The translations under genes were made by a program, and so were the position numbers. A stretch of DNA of 64,000 nucleotides from an uncultured Oscillospiraceae bacterium (GTDB taxonomy: Bacteria; Bacillota; Clostridia; Oscillospirales; Oscillospiraceae): contig CAZJYY010000007.1 in the NCBI GenBank assembly GCA_964550315.1, positions 2,806 to 66,805 of the forward strand, in the 5' to 3' direction. Positions 26,852 through 35,453 of the stretch are shown piece by piece (the first letter of the stretch is position 1; every line of letters starts with the position of its first letter). The notes under the pieces were generated by a model. That model saw nothing but the letters and a program-made list of their open reading frames with translations. It ran no database searches and was not told the DNA's origin.

Positions 26852-27820
26852 TTGAATACAGAAAATTTAATTCACCGGGGCAACACCCTATATATTGTCG
26901 TGCCCTGTTATAACGAGGAAGAGGCTCTTCCCCTTACCGCCGAAAAGCTTAAGGCCAAAATGCGCGATCTCATTGAAAAAGGGCTTATTTCGGCGCAGAG
27001 CCGCATCATGCTTGTAAACGACGGTTCCAAGGACAAAACCTGGGAAATAATATGTGCCCTGCATGAGTCCGACCCGCTTTTTTGCGGCGTTTGTCTCAGC
27101 CGAAACAGGGGTCACCAAAACGCCCTGCTTGCCGGTCTTATGACCGCAAAGGACAGGGCTGATTTGACCGTTTCCATGGATGCTGATTTGCAGGACGATA
27201 TTGACGCTGTTGACCAGATGGTACAAAAATATCTTGACGGCTGCGAAATTGTGTACGGTGTGCGCTGTTCCCGTGAAAAGGACAGCTTTATGAAGCGCTT
27301 CACCGCCGAGGGCTACTATAAGCTTCTGGCCAAGCTGGGCGGTGAAATTGTATATAACCACGCCGACTACCGTCTTATGAGCAAAACTGCTTTAAACGCC
27401 ATGGCGCAGTACGGCGAGGTAAATCTTTTCCTTCGTGGTATGGTGCCCATGCTGGGTTACAAAACCGACACCGTGGAATACGAGCGGGGAGAGCGTGTTG
27501 CGGGGGAAAGCAAATATCCCCTTAAAAAAATGCTAAGTCTTGCGTGGGAGGGTATAACCTCTCTTTCCGCAAAGCCCATTAAGCTTATAACCGGCTGCGG
27601 TGTTTTTTCCCTTCTTACGGATTTTGTATTGCTTGTGGTTTTCATTGTACAGGCCATTATGGGCAGCGGCTTTGAAATTTCAAAAACCCTTCTGCTGGTT
27701 ACCATTTTGATGGGCGGGCTTATTTTAATAGGTATAGGCGTCGTGGGCGAGTATGTGGGCAAAATTTATCTTGAATCCAAGCACAGACCCCGCTATATAA
27801 TCGGGCAAATCGTGGAATAG
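26852..27820 (+). CDS. polyprenyl-phosphate glycosyltransferase, GT2 family (GtrB/CsbB-like)
   Basis: YIVVPCYNEEEAL, VNDGSKD and MDADLQDD motifs plus two C-terminal TM helices. The TTG at 26852 lies 6 nt after AAGGAG (26840-26845). The track ORF starts at an upstream GTG without an RBS. Confidence 0.88.
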   Translation: MNTENLIHRGNTLYIVVPCYNEEEALPLTAEKLKAKMRDLIEKGLISAQSRIMLVNDGSKDKTWEIICALHESDPLFCGVCLSRNRGHQNALLAGLMTAKDRADLTVSMDADLQDDIDAVDQMVQKYLDGCEIVYGVRCSREKDSFMKRFTAEGYYKLLAKLGGEIVYNHADYRLMSKTALNAMAQYGEVNLFLRGMVPMLGYKTDTVEYERGERVAGESKYPLKKMLSLAWEGITSLSAKPIKLITGCGVFSLLTDFVLLVVFIVQAIMGSGFEISKTLLLVTILMGGLILIGIGVVGEYVGKIYLESKHRPRYIIGQIVE

Positions 27821-27861
27821 GCAAAAAAGACCTGCTGAATTTTTTCAGCAGGTCTTTTTAA

Positions 27862-29484
27862 TTACGATAACAGCAGCTCCAGATTTTTTTCCTGGCTTAT
27901 TCTAAGATTGCCAAGGACATTGCCGTCCCCGTCCAAAATGCTTATCATTTTATCGCCCATGGCTCTTAGCGTCACCGGTAAAAGCTGACCGTCCTTGTAA
28001 AAGTATATTTTCGCTCCAAAAATATGCTCCGTTTCAATGCCGCTTTCGGTTCGATATTGGGAGATGGGCTTCATCATGGGAAGCTCTCCCCTGCCGCTTA
28101 TTGCCCTTACCGCACCGGTCAGCGCCCAGTCACTGGAGGTAACGCCATAGCCATGCTCGTGAAAATAGAAGTTTGCGTCCTCCACATAGGAAGCGTCCAC
28201 GTTCAAAATCCAAATTTCTTCATCCGGGCCAAATTCCTGCCCCTGGAAGGCTTGGGCGGCAGCATTGGAGAGCGCCGTATCCGCCAAAGTTGTCTCCCGA
28301 TAATCGTGAAGCTCGCTAATTCCGGCAACGCAGAATAAAAGCGCCATGCCCGCTGCTATAACCGCTTGTGCGGCAGCTCCGCCCTTTGACCGCCCAAAAA
28401 TGAGGTCAAAAACAGCATCACACATGAGGGCAAGCCCGCAGAAGGAGGTCAATGCATTTCTTGCACCGAACCAGGGCGACTTAATTACAAAGAAAATAAG
28501 AAGGGGCGCCGCTGCTAAAAAAGCACCCGCAAGAAATTCAGCCCAAAAGCGAATTTGACTGCGGTGAAGCGACCGTGCCGAGAAAAAGAAGGCGACGGAC
28601 AAAAGAACTATACCTAATATATATAGTATATTGGGCTCTGAAAACATAATTTCAAAGCCACGGAAAAGCCCCTTAAAGAGAGTAGCTGCGTTGCAGTGGA
28701 TAAATACATCAAAAATCTGCCGTCCTGCACCCATAGCCGAGTGCACCCACCCCTCCTGCCATGGCAGGAAAAGCTCCGTACGCTGGCCGTAAACCCCCGG
28801 AGCAGCAAGCTTTGTTATTATAAGGTACAGTGCCGCACCGCCAAACATCAAAAAGCCCCAAAGCCAGCGGCGGGGTTTGTTTTTAATTTCGCAAAGCATG
28901 ATAACGAAGGTCGCCGCTCCGGAAAAAAGCAGCACCTGCTCATAAAAGCAAAAAGAAATAAACTGCAGCACCGCAAAAAGAACAAGCTGAAGCCTGCTGC
29001 CGTTTTTACACCAAAGGTCAAAGCACAAAAGCGATGCCGAGGCGAAGAAAAGCCCCACAATTATGCGGGAGGAGGCGCTGACCCAGTAAGCTCCCTCAAA
29101 GCCCAGCGGCACAAGGGCGTATATAACAAAAAACAGCATTCCCGTGCCGAAACGGGAGGAAAAAACCTTGTGCAGCATTATGGACGATGCTGCATACATG
29201 GCAGAAATTATGGCCACTGCCAAAATCATGTTTCCGTAAAAATGCGACCACACTGCAAGGTCGCAAAGCCCTGCAAGAGGTCGGGAGGATAAAAGCCCCA
29301 AGCCCTTAATAAGTTCCCCCATGCTGCCCTGATATGCAAGGTAATTGTGATATTGTATGTAGTCGTCCAGCTGATAGAAATATTCAAAGCCATAATAGCA
29401 ATATCTTATGAATATCAAGCCGAACATCACAAAAAACAGGGCGACATATCTGCGCTTGGATATTACGCCGTGTTCATTTTCCAT
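27862..29484 (-). CDS. polytopic membrane protein, probable GT-C-type glycosyltransferase (GtrC/YfhO-like role)
   Basis: About 540 aa with at least 10 predicted hydrophobic helices and a soluble C-terminal domain. The ATG at 29482-29484 follows AGGGGGATTAAGG and overlaps the stop of the upstream GT2 gene by 11 nt. Confidence 0.65.
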   Translation of the reverse strand: MENEHGVISKRRYVALFFVMFGLIFIRYCYYGFEYFYQLDDYIQYHNYLAYQGSMGELIKGLGLLSSRPLAGLCDLAVWSHFYGNMILAVAIISAMYAASSIMLHKVFSSRFGTGMLFFVIYALVPLGFEGAYWVSASSRIIVGLFFASASLLCFDLWCKNGSRLQLVLFAVLQFISFCFYEQVLLFSGAATFVIMLCEIKNKPRRWLWGFLMFGGAALYLIITKLAAPGVYGQRTELFLPWQEGWVHSAMGAGRQIFDVFIHCNAATLFKGLFRGFEIMFSEPNILYILGIVLLSVAFFFSARSLHRSQIRFWAEFLAGAFLAAAPLLIFFVIKSPWFGARNALTSFCGLALMCDAVFDLIFGRSKGGAAAQAVIAAGMALLFCVAGISELHDYRETTLADTALSNAAAQAFQGQEFGPDEEIWILNVDASYVEDANFYFHEHGYGVTSSDWALTGAVRAISGRGELPMMKPISQYRTESGIETEHIFGAKIYFYKDGQLLPVTLRAMGDKMISILDGDGNVLGNLRISQEKNLELLLS

Positions 29485-30208
29485 CCTTAATCCCCCTAAG
29501 TCTTGAGGTGACGCTTCTTCGAATACTGAAAACATCCGCAAACATTCTGATGCTGTCCTTTATTACGTTTACCTTTGATTCGCGGTGATTTATTATCATT
29601 GCCGGAAGCTGCACAATGGAAAGCTTAAGCTTGTTTGCAATCATCATAACCTCAAAATCAAAGGCAAAGCTGTCCGTTTCGCAGAGGGAAAAAACTTTTT
29701 TTGCCGCCTGTGCAGAAAATGCTTTAAGCCCGCATTGGGTATCATAATGAAACCCTGCTATAAGCCCCGTAAGGAAGCTGAAGCAGCGGCTTGCAAAAAG
29801 ACGTATTGCCGGATAGTCTGCATAGCCCTCCGGGTGAAGTTTCCGTGAGCCGATGGCAGCGTCCGCCCCGCTCTTGGAAATAAGTGCGTATAACTCACCT
29901 ACAGCATTTATGCCATAGGCAAGGTCAGCGTCGGTATATGCCACTATTGCGCCCCCGGTAGCCAAAACGCCCTGTCTTACCGCAGCACCCTTGCCCTTGT
30001 TGGGAAAATGGCTCACCACCTTAAGGTGCTCGTCCGTTACAGCCTCAGCCAGTGCCCGGGTCTTGTCCGTGCTGCCATCGTCAGCAATTATCAGTTCGTA
30101 ATCTGAAAAGTTGGCTCTTAAAAACGACAGAGCCGTATTGATGGTATCCAGTATAATTTTTTCTTCATTATACGCCGGTATAACGAGAGAAATTTCGGGT
30201 ATTCCCAT
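29474..30208 (-). CDS. glycosyltransferase family 2 (dolichyl/polyprenyl-phosphate glucosyltransferase-like)
   Basis: ISLVIPAYNEEK, IADDGSTD and YTDADL motifs. The ATG at 30206-30208 follows AGGAGA. Confidence 0.85.
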   Translation of the reverse strand: MGIPEISLVIPAYNEEKIILDTINTALSFLRANFSDYELIIADDGSTDKTRALAEAVTDEHLKVVSHFPNKGKGAAVRQGVLATGGAIVAYTDADLAYGINAVGELYALISKSGADAAIGSRKLHPEGYADYPAIRLFASRCFSFLTGLIAGFHYDTQCGLKAFSAQAAKKVFSLCETDSFAFDFEVMMIANKLKLSIVQLPAMIINHRESKVNVIKDSIRMFADVFSIRRSVTSRLRGIKDGK

Positions 30209-30430
30209 AGTGTTCTCCTGCTTTATCTTATGTTTCTTCATTTTACTCTTGTGGAAAGCCTTTGTCAATCGAAGTCCAATGCACTATATCTTGTGTCAAT
30301 TGGCTATTTGTAGCATGGTGTAGTAACTATATATGCTTTTTTTGTATCATTTTTTATGCCTTGAGGGATTGTTTGCCGGCTCTGCTGGTATTATAATGTA
30401 TTTGCGGTAATGTGCCGCTGGAGGTAAAAC

Positions 30431-31141
30431 ATGCTCATCTGCGGAATCCAAAAGCTTACCCTTCTTGACTATCCGGAAAAAATCGCCGCTACCATCTTTA
30501 CCGGCGGCTGTAACTACCGGTGTCCCTTTTGCCACAACGCATCCCTTGTGCTGCGTCCTGCCCAATGCCAACCCATACCCGAGGAGGAAATTTTTGATTT
30601 TCTCAAAAAACGTGTGGGCAAGCTGGACGGTGTTTGTATAACCGGCGGCGAACCACTGCTTCAGCCGGATCTTGAAAGCTTCATTCGCCGCGTGCGGGAC
30701 ATGGGCTTTCTTATAAAGCTTGACACCAACGGCGCCTTTCCCCAAAGGCTTAAAGCCCTTCTTGACCAGGGTCTTTTAGACTATGTGGCGGTGGACATAA
30801 AAAATTCTCCCGAAAAATATCCGCTTACAGTGGGGCTTGCCGATTTTGACCCCTCCCCGGTGTTTGAAAGTGCAGCACTTCTTATGACGGGCAAAACACC
30901 CTACGAGTTCCGAACCACTCTTGTGCGTGGTTTACACACAAGCGAGGACATTGCTGCTCTGGGAAAAGCCATAAAAGGTGCAAAGAACTGCTTTCTTCAA
31001 AGCTTTATAGACTCCGGCGATCTTGTTGGATTTCCTGAGGAAGGGGCACTTCTCCCAATGGGTAGCTTCACGGAAGATGAAATTAAAGGCTTTCGGGACA
31101 TTTTATCCCAGTATGTGGAAAATGCAGCCATACGGGGCTGA
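30431..31141 (+). CDS. nrdG: anaerobic ribonucleoside-triphosphate reductase activating protein (radical SAM)
   Basis: FTGGCNYRCPFCHN radical-SAM cluster and GVCITGGEPL. It sits next to nrdD. Confidence 0.92.
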   Translation: MLICGIQKLTLLDYPEKIAATIFTGGCNYRCPFCHNASLVLRPAQCQPIPEEEIFDFLKKRVGKLDGVCITGGEPLLQPDLESFIRRVRDMGFLIKLDTNGAFPQRLKALLDQGLLDYVAVDIKNSPEKYPLTVGLADFDPSPVFESAALLMTGKTPYEFRTTLVRGLHTSEDIAALGKAIKGAKNCFLQSFIDSGDLVGFPEEGALLPMGSFTEDEIKGFRDILSQYVENAAIRG

Positions 31142-31152
31142 TTTTAGCACAC

Positions 31153-31215
31153 CACAATATTTTGTGTTTAGTTTGCGGTTTTTCTTATTGACAAGCACAA
31201 TATATGTGATAGAAT
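31153..31215 (+). promoter_or_regulatory. nrdD promoter with two NrdR-box-like palindromes
   Basis: CACAATATTTTGTG (31153-31166) and CACAATATATGTG (31196-31208). The promoter is TTGACA (31188-31193), a 16-nt spacer, then TGaTAGAAT (31207-31215). The second box lies within the spacer. Confidence 0.5.
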
Positions 31216-31268
31216 GCAATTACCGACCGTTAACATAATTTACATGTTCACTATATGGAGGAATCACT

Positions 31269-33662
31269 ATGTACCAGGTATTAAAGAGAGACGGCAAGGT
31301 TTGTGACTTTAATCTTTCCAAGATAAGCGTCGCAATAACCAAAGCCTTTGAGGCACAGGACAAGCAGTACACCCCCGATATTATCGACCTTTTGGCCCTT
31401 AAGGTCACGGCAGACTACGAGGACAAGATAAAGGACGGCCTTGTGGGTGTTGAAGATATTCAAGACAGCGTTGAATCCGTTCTTGTACAGGCTGGCTATG
31501 CGGATGTTGCCAAGGCATACATTCTTTACCGTAAGCAGCGTGAAAAAATCCGCAACATGAACTCCACCATGCTGGACTACAAGGCTCTTGTGGACAGCTA
31601 TGTCAAGGTAACCGATTGGCGTGTTAAGGAAAACTCCACCGTGACCTACAGCGTTGGCGGACTTATCCTTTCAAACTCCGGCGCCATCACCGCCAACTAC
31701 TGGCTCTCCGAAATCTATGATGAGGAAATTGCCAATGCTCACCGTAATGCGGACATTCATCTCCACGACCTTTCCATGCTTACCGGATACTGCGCCGGCT
31801 GGAGCTTAAAGCAGCTTATCCAAGAAGGTCTTGGCGGAATTCCCGGCAAAATCACCTCCTCCCCCGCCGGCCACCTTTCCACCCTTTGCAATCAGATGGT
31901 AAACTTCCTTGGCATAATGCAAAACGAATGGGCGGGCGCACAGGCCTTCTCCTCCTTTGACACCTATCTTGCTCCCTTCGTCAAGGTGGACAACCTTTCT
32001 TACAAGGAAGTGAAGCAGTGCATCCAGTCCTTTGTCTATGGCGTTAACACCCCCAGCCGTTGGGGTACCCAGGCTCCCTTCTCCAACATCACTCTTGACT
32101 GGACTGTTCCGGCAGACCTTGCCGAGCTTCCCTGCATCGTGGGCGGCAAGGAACTTGACTTCTGCTACAAGGACTGCAAAAAAGAGATGGACATGGTCAA
32201 TAAGGCCTTCATCGAAATCATGATTGAGGGCGACGCCAACGGCCGCGGCTTCCAGTATCCCATCCCCACCTACTCCATAACCCGAGACTTTGACTGGAGT
32301 GAAACCGAAAACAACAAGCTTCTCTTCGAGATGACTGCAAAGTACGGCACACCCTATTTCTCCAACTACATCAACTCCGACATGGAGCCTTCCGATGTTC
32401 GCAGCATGTGCTGCAGACTTCGTCTTGACCTTCGTGAGCTTCGCAAGAAGTCCGGCGGCTTCTTCGGAAGCGGCGAATCCACCGGCAGCGTGGGCGTTGT
32501 CACCATAAACATTCCCCGCATTGCCTATCTTGCGGAAAATGAGGCCGATTTCTACCGCCGCTTAGACCATATGATGGACGTTTCCGCCCGCTCCTTGGAC
32601 ACCAAGCGCACCATCATCACGAAGCTTCTTAACGAGGGCCTTTATCCCTACACCAAGCGTTATCTTGGAAGCTTTGACAACCACTTCTCCACCATCGGCC
32701 TTATCGGCATGAACGAAGCCGCCCTCAACGCAAGCTGGCTTCGCACCGATCTTACTACCGCTGAAGGCCAGCAGTTTGCCAAGGATGTTTTGAACCACAT
32801 GCGCGAGCGCCTTAGCGACTATCAGGAGAAGTACGGCGCTCTCTTCAATCTTGAAGCAACCCCCGCCGAATCCACCACCTATCGTCTTGCAAAGCATGAC
32901 CGCAAGTACTACCCCGAAATTATCACCGCCGCAAAGGACGGCGAAACACCTTATTACACCAACAGCTCTCACCTTCCCGTGGGCTACACTGAGGACGTTT
33001 TTGATGCTCTTTCAATTCAGGATGACCTTCAGACCCTTTACACAAGCGGCACTGTTTTCCACGCCTTCTTGGGTGAAAAGCTTCCGGACTGGAAGGCTGC
33101 GGCGAATCTTGTTCGTAAGATTGCAGAGAATCACAGACTTCCCTACTACACCCTCAGCCCCACCTATTCCATCTGCAAGACCCACGGTTATCTTACCGGT
33201 GAAGTGCGCACCTGCCCCCACTGCGGCGAGGGTACCGAGGTTTACAGCCGCATAACCGGCTACTATCGTCCGGTGCAGAACTGGAATGAGGGCAAAACTC
33301 AGGAATTCAAGAACCGCAAGCTTTACAACATTGAGACCTCCGTTGTCCGTCCACTGGCTGCCACCGGAACGGAGGGCTGCGCCCCCTGCTGCAGCGCTCC
33401 CGTTGAAAATATCACTACCGCCGCAGGAGAGGCAAAGGCGATTTTGTTCGCCCGCACAACCTGTCCCAACTGCCGTGTTGCAGAATCCCTTATGGAAAAG
33501 GCTGCCTTCTCCTACGATAAGCTTATAGCCGAGGAAAATGTTGATTTAGTCAACAAGTACGGCGTCAAGGGCGCACCCACCCTTGTTGTGGATGACGGCG
33601 TAAATACTCTTAAGTACTACGGCGTTCCCGAGATAAAGAAGTTCCTTGCCCAAAGCAAGTGA
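31269..33662 (+). CDS. nrdD: anaerobic ribonucleoside-triphosphate reductase (class III) with C-terminal thioredoxin/glutaredoxin-like extension
   Basis: It has an ATP-cone N-terminus, a zinc ribbon CKTHGY...CPHCGEG and the glycyl-radical motif SRITGYYRPV (Gly codon at 33258-33260). About 125 extra residues follow, containing TCPNC (33462-33473) and a thioredoxin-fold-like pattern. Confidence 0.93.
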   Translation: MYQVLKRDGKVCDFNLSKISVAITKAFEAQDKQYTPDIIDLLALKVTADYEDKIKDGLVGVEDIQDSVESVLVQAGYADVAKAYILYRKQREKIRNMNSTMLDYKALVDSYVKVTDWRVKENSTVTYSVGGLILSNSGAITANYWLSEIYDEEIANAHRNADIHLHDLSMLTGYCAGWSLKQLIQEGLGGIPGKITSSPAGHLSTLCNQMVNFLGIMQNEWAGAQAFSSFDTYLAPFVKVDNLSYKEVKQCIQSFVYGVNTPSRWGTQAPFSNITLDWTVPADLAELPCIVGGKELDFCYKDCKKEMDMVNKAFIEIMIEGDANGRGFQYPIPTYSITRDFDWSETENNKLLFEMTAKYGTPYFSNYINSDMEPSDVRSMCCRLRLDLRELRKKSGGFFGSGESTGSVGVVTINIPRIAYLAENEADFYRRLDHMMDVSARSLDTKRTIITKLLNEGLYPYTKRYLGSFDNHFSTIGLIGMNEAALNASWLRTDLTTAEGQQFAKDVLNHMRERLSDYQEKYGALFNLEATPAESTTYRLAKHDRKYYPEIITAAKDGETPYYTNSSHLPVGYTEDVFDALSIQDDLQTLYTSGTVFHAFLGEKLPDWKAAANLVRKIAENHRLPYYTLSPTYSICKTHGYLTGEVRTCPHCGEGTEVYSRITGYYRPVQNWNEGKTQEFKNRKLYNIETSVVRPLAATGTEGCAPCCSAPVENITTAAGEAKAILFARTTCPNCRVAESLMEKAAFSYDKLIAEENVDLVNKYGVKGAPTLVVDDGVNTLKYYGVPEIKKFLAQSK

Positions 33663-33674
33663 CCCCCTAAAATA

Positions 33675-33713
33675 GAAGGCCGGGCTACCATGCGGCCCGG
33701 TCTTCTTTCTTTT
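33675..33713 (+). terminator. rho-independent terminator after nrdD
   Basis: GAAGGCCGGGC (33675-33685) pairs with GCCCGGTCTTC (33695-33705, one G-U pair), followed by TTTCTTTT. Confidence 0.5.
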
Positions 33714-33744
33714 ACCCATTCACATTAAAGGAGATTAGCTTTCT

Positions 33745-34665
33745 ATGTATGATATCGTCGTTGTAGGCGGTGGTCCCGCCGGAATGACAGCCGCACTCTA
33801 CGCCCTTCGCGGTGGAAAAAGTGTCCTCGTAATTGAAAAAGCCGGTTTCGGCGGTCAAATTACATATTCCCCCAAGGTGGAAAATTATCCTGGCTTTCTA
33901 TCCATGAGCGGCAATGAGTTTGCCGACAACATGCTGGAACAAATTCTCCACCACGGTGCAGAGGTGGAATCCGATACCGTTACGTCAATCGTGGACGAGG
34001 GAAAAATAAAGCGCATCTTCACCGAGGACGGCGCGGAATTTGAGGCAAAAGCCGTTATCATCGCCACCGGAGTAAAGCACCGCATGCTGGGGCTTGAAGG
34101 TGAGTACGAGCTTGTGGGTAACGGTATAAGCTTTTGCGCCGTATGTGATGGCGATTTTTACAGCGGACAGACCGTTGCCGTGGCGGGCGGCGGAAATTCA
34201 GCCCTGCAGGAGGCTACCCTTCTTGCCGAAAGCTGCAAGGAAGTCATTATAGTTCAGAATCTTGATTGCTTCACTGGGGAGGAAACCCTCAGCACCGCAC
34301 TTTTGAAGCGTCCCAATGTCAGGGCAATAATGGGTACCGTGATCGACGGTCTTATCGTTGAAAACGGCGAGCTTCGGGGACTTGAGCTTCGTCGGGAAAC
34401 AAGCGGCGAAAAAAGCACTCTTTCCTGCGACGGGCTTTTCGTTGCCATAGGTCTTATACCTGAAAATGACGCTTTTTCCGACCTTGTTGTCCTTAATTCC
34501 TATGGCTATATTGATGCAGGGGAAGATTGCCTTACTGGGAAAGACGGCATATACACCGCCGGTGACTGCCGCTCAAAATCCGTCCGTCAGCTTACCACCG
34601 CTTCGGCGGATGGTGCGGTTGCCGCCCTTGCGGCCTGCCGGTATATTGACAAAGCGGCTCTATAA
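33745..34665 (+). CDS. trxB: thioredoxin-disulfide reductase
   Basis: VVGGGPAGMTAALYA FAD motif, redox-active CAVCDG, and GGGNSALQEA NADPH motif. Confidence 0.93.
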   Translation: MYDIVVVGGGPAGMTAALYALRGGKSVLVIEKAGFGGQITYSPKVENYPGFLSMSGNEFADNMLEQILHHGAEVESDTVTSIVDEGKIKRIFTEDGAEFEAKAVIIATGVKHRMLGLEGEYELVGNGISFCAVCDGDFYSGQTVAVAGGGNSALQEATLLAESCKEVIIVQNLDCFTGEETLSTALLKRPNVRAIMGTVIDGLIVENGELRGLELRRETSGEKSTLSCDGLFVAIGLIPENDAFSDLVVLNSYGYIDAGEDCLTGKDGIYTAGDCRSKSVRQLTTASADGAVAALAACRYIDKAAL

Positions 34666-34839
34666 TCCTTCAGCCTCTTATTATTACATATTTTAGCCTG
34701 ATTTCCGGTAGCATAAATCTCTGGGAATTAGGCTAATTTTATATTGCTGCTTCAATTACTTGTGTAATTTGCCGTTTTTTTATCCTATTGCCACTAAATG
34801 TTGCCATTTTAGAACTTATACGTTATAATAATCACAAAA

Positions 34840-34870
34840 TTAACAAATGGTATTGAATACCATTTGTTAA
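34840..34870. promoter_or_regulatory. perfect 14-bp inverted repeat (operator-like) between a -10-like box and the RBS of the small membrane protein gene
   Basis: TTAACAAATGGTAT-tga-ATACCATTTGTTAA. TATAAT is at 34824-34829 upstream and the GGGAGG RBS at 34876-34881 downstream. Confidence 0.45.
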
Positions 34871-34889
34871 AATTAAGGGAGGATAATTT

Positions 34890-35330
34890 ATGGAAATCAA
34901 AGGCCAGAAAATGCTAAAGGTTTGCAGCATACTCATGATTGTTTTCGGTTCCCTCGCTCTGCTTATTTCCCTTTTGGGCGTTCTGGGTTTAAGTCTTTTG
35001 GGCGGCGCAATGGCCGGTGCTGAAGGCGCTGCAGCCCTTGGGGGGATTGCGCTAATTCTTTTTGTTGTCGCCTGCGCAGGCTCTATTCTTGAGCTTGTTG
35101 CCGGAATTGTGGGTGTAAAGGCGGCGAAGGAGCCAAGTATCAATGGCATAAAGACCAGCGCCATACTAGGCATAATCATTCTTGCCATCTCTGTTATAAG
35201 TGTTATTTACACCTTCATCAACTCAACCTTCGACCTTACCGACCTTATCGGTCTTATTATCCCCACCCTTTATGTTGTGGGCGTTATCCAGTACAAGAAC
35301 GGACTTTTGGCCCTGCTTTCCGGCGAATAA
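34890..35330 (+). CDS. small integral membrane protein (4 predicted TM helices), function unknown
   Basis: 146 aa. Hydrophobic segments include CSILMIVFGSLALLISLLGVLGL, IALILFVVACAGSILELVAGIVGV, ILGIIILAISVISVIY and LIGLIIPTLYVVGVI. A strong AAGGGAGG RBS is present. Confidence 0.75.
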   Translation: MEIKGQKMLKVCSILMIVFGSLALLISLLGVLGLSLLGGAMAGAEGAAALGGIALILFVVACAGSILELVAGIVGVKAAKEPSINGIKTSAILGIIILAISVISVIYTFINSTFDLTDLIGLIIPTLYVVGVIQYKNGLLALLSGE

Positions 35331-35353
35331 GCCGCAAAGCTAAGGTTAATACA

Positions 35354-35384
35354 CCCCGCAGGAGGCGTCCTGCGGGGGATTTTT
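35354..35384 (+). terminator. rho-independent terminator
   Basis: CCCCGCAGGA-ggcg-TCCTGCGGGG followed by GATTTTT. Confidence 0.6.
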
Positions 35385-35401
35385 ATAGGCCTTCGGGCAC
35401 T

Positions 35402-35442
35402 AAAAAAGCGGTAATTACAAAGCTTTGTAATTACCGCTTTTT
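35402..35442. terminator. bidirectional terminator (terminates leuS on the minus strand)
   Basis: AAAAAA-GCGGTAATTACAAAG-c-TTTGTAATTACCGC-TTTTT, a 14-15-bp stem flanked by A- and T-tracts. Confidence 0.7.
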
Positions 35443-35453
35443 GCGCCATTCGC

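Noticed and set aside
30347-30745. 132-aa minus-strand ORF overlapping the start of nrdG
   Set aside because: It is antisense to the clearly real radical-SAM activase gene and has no RBS or motifs.
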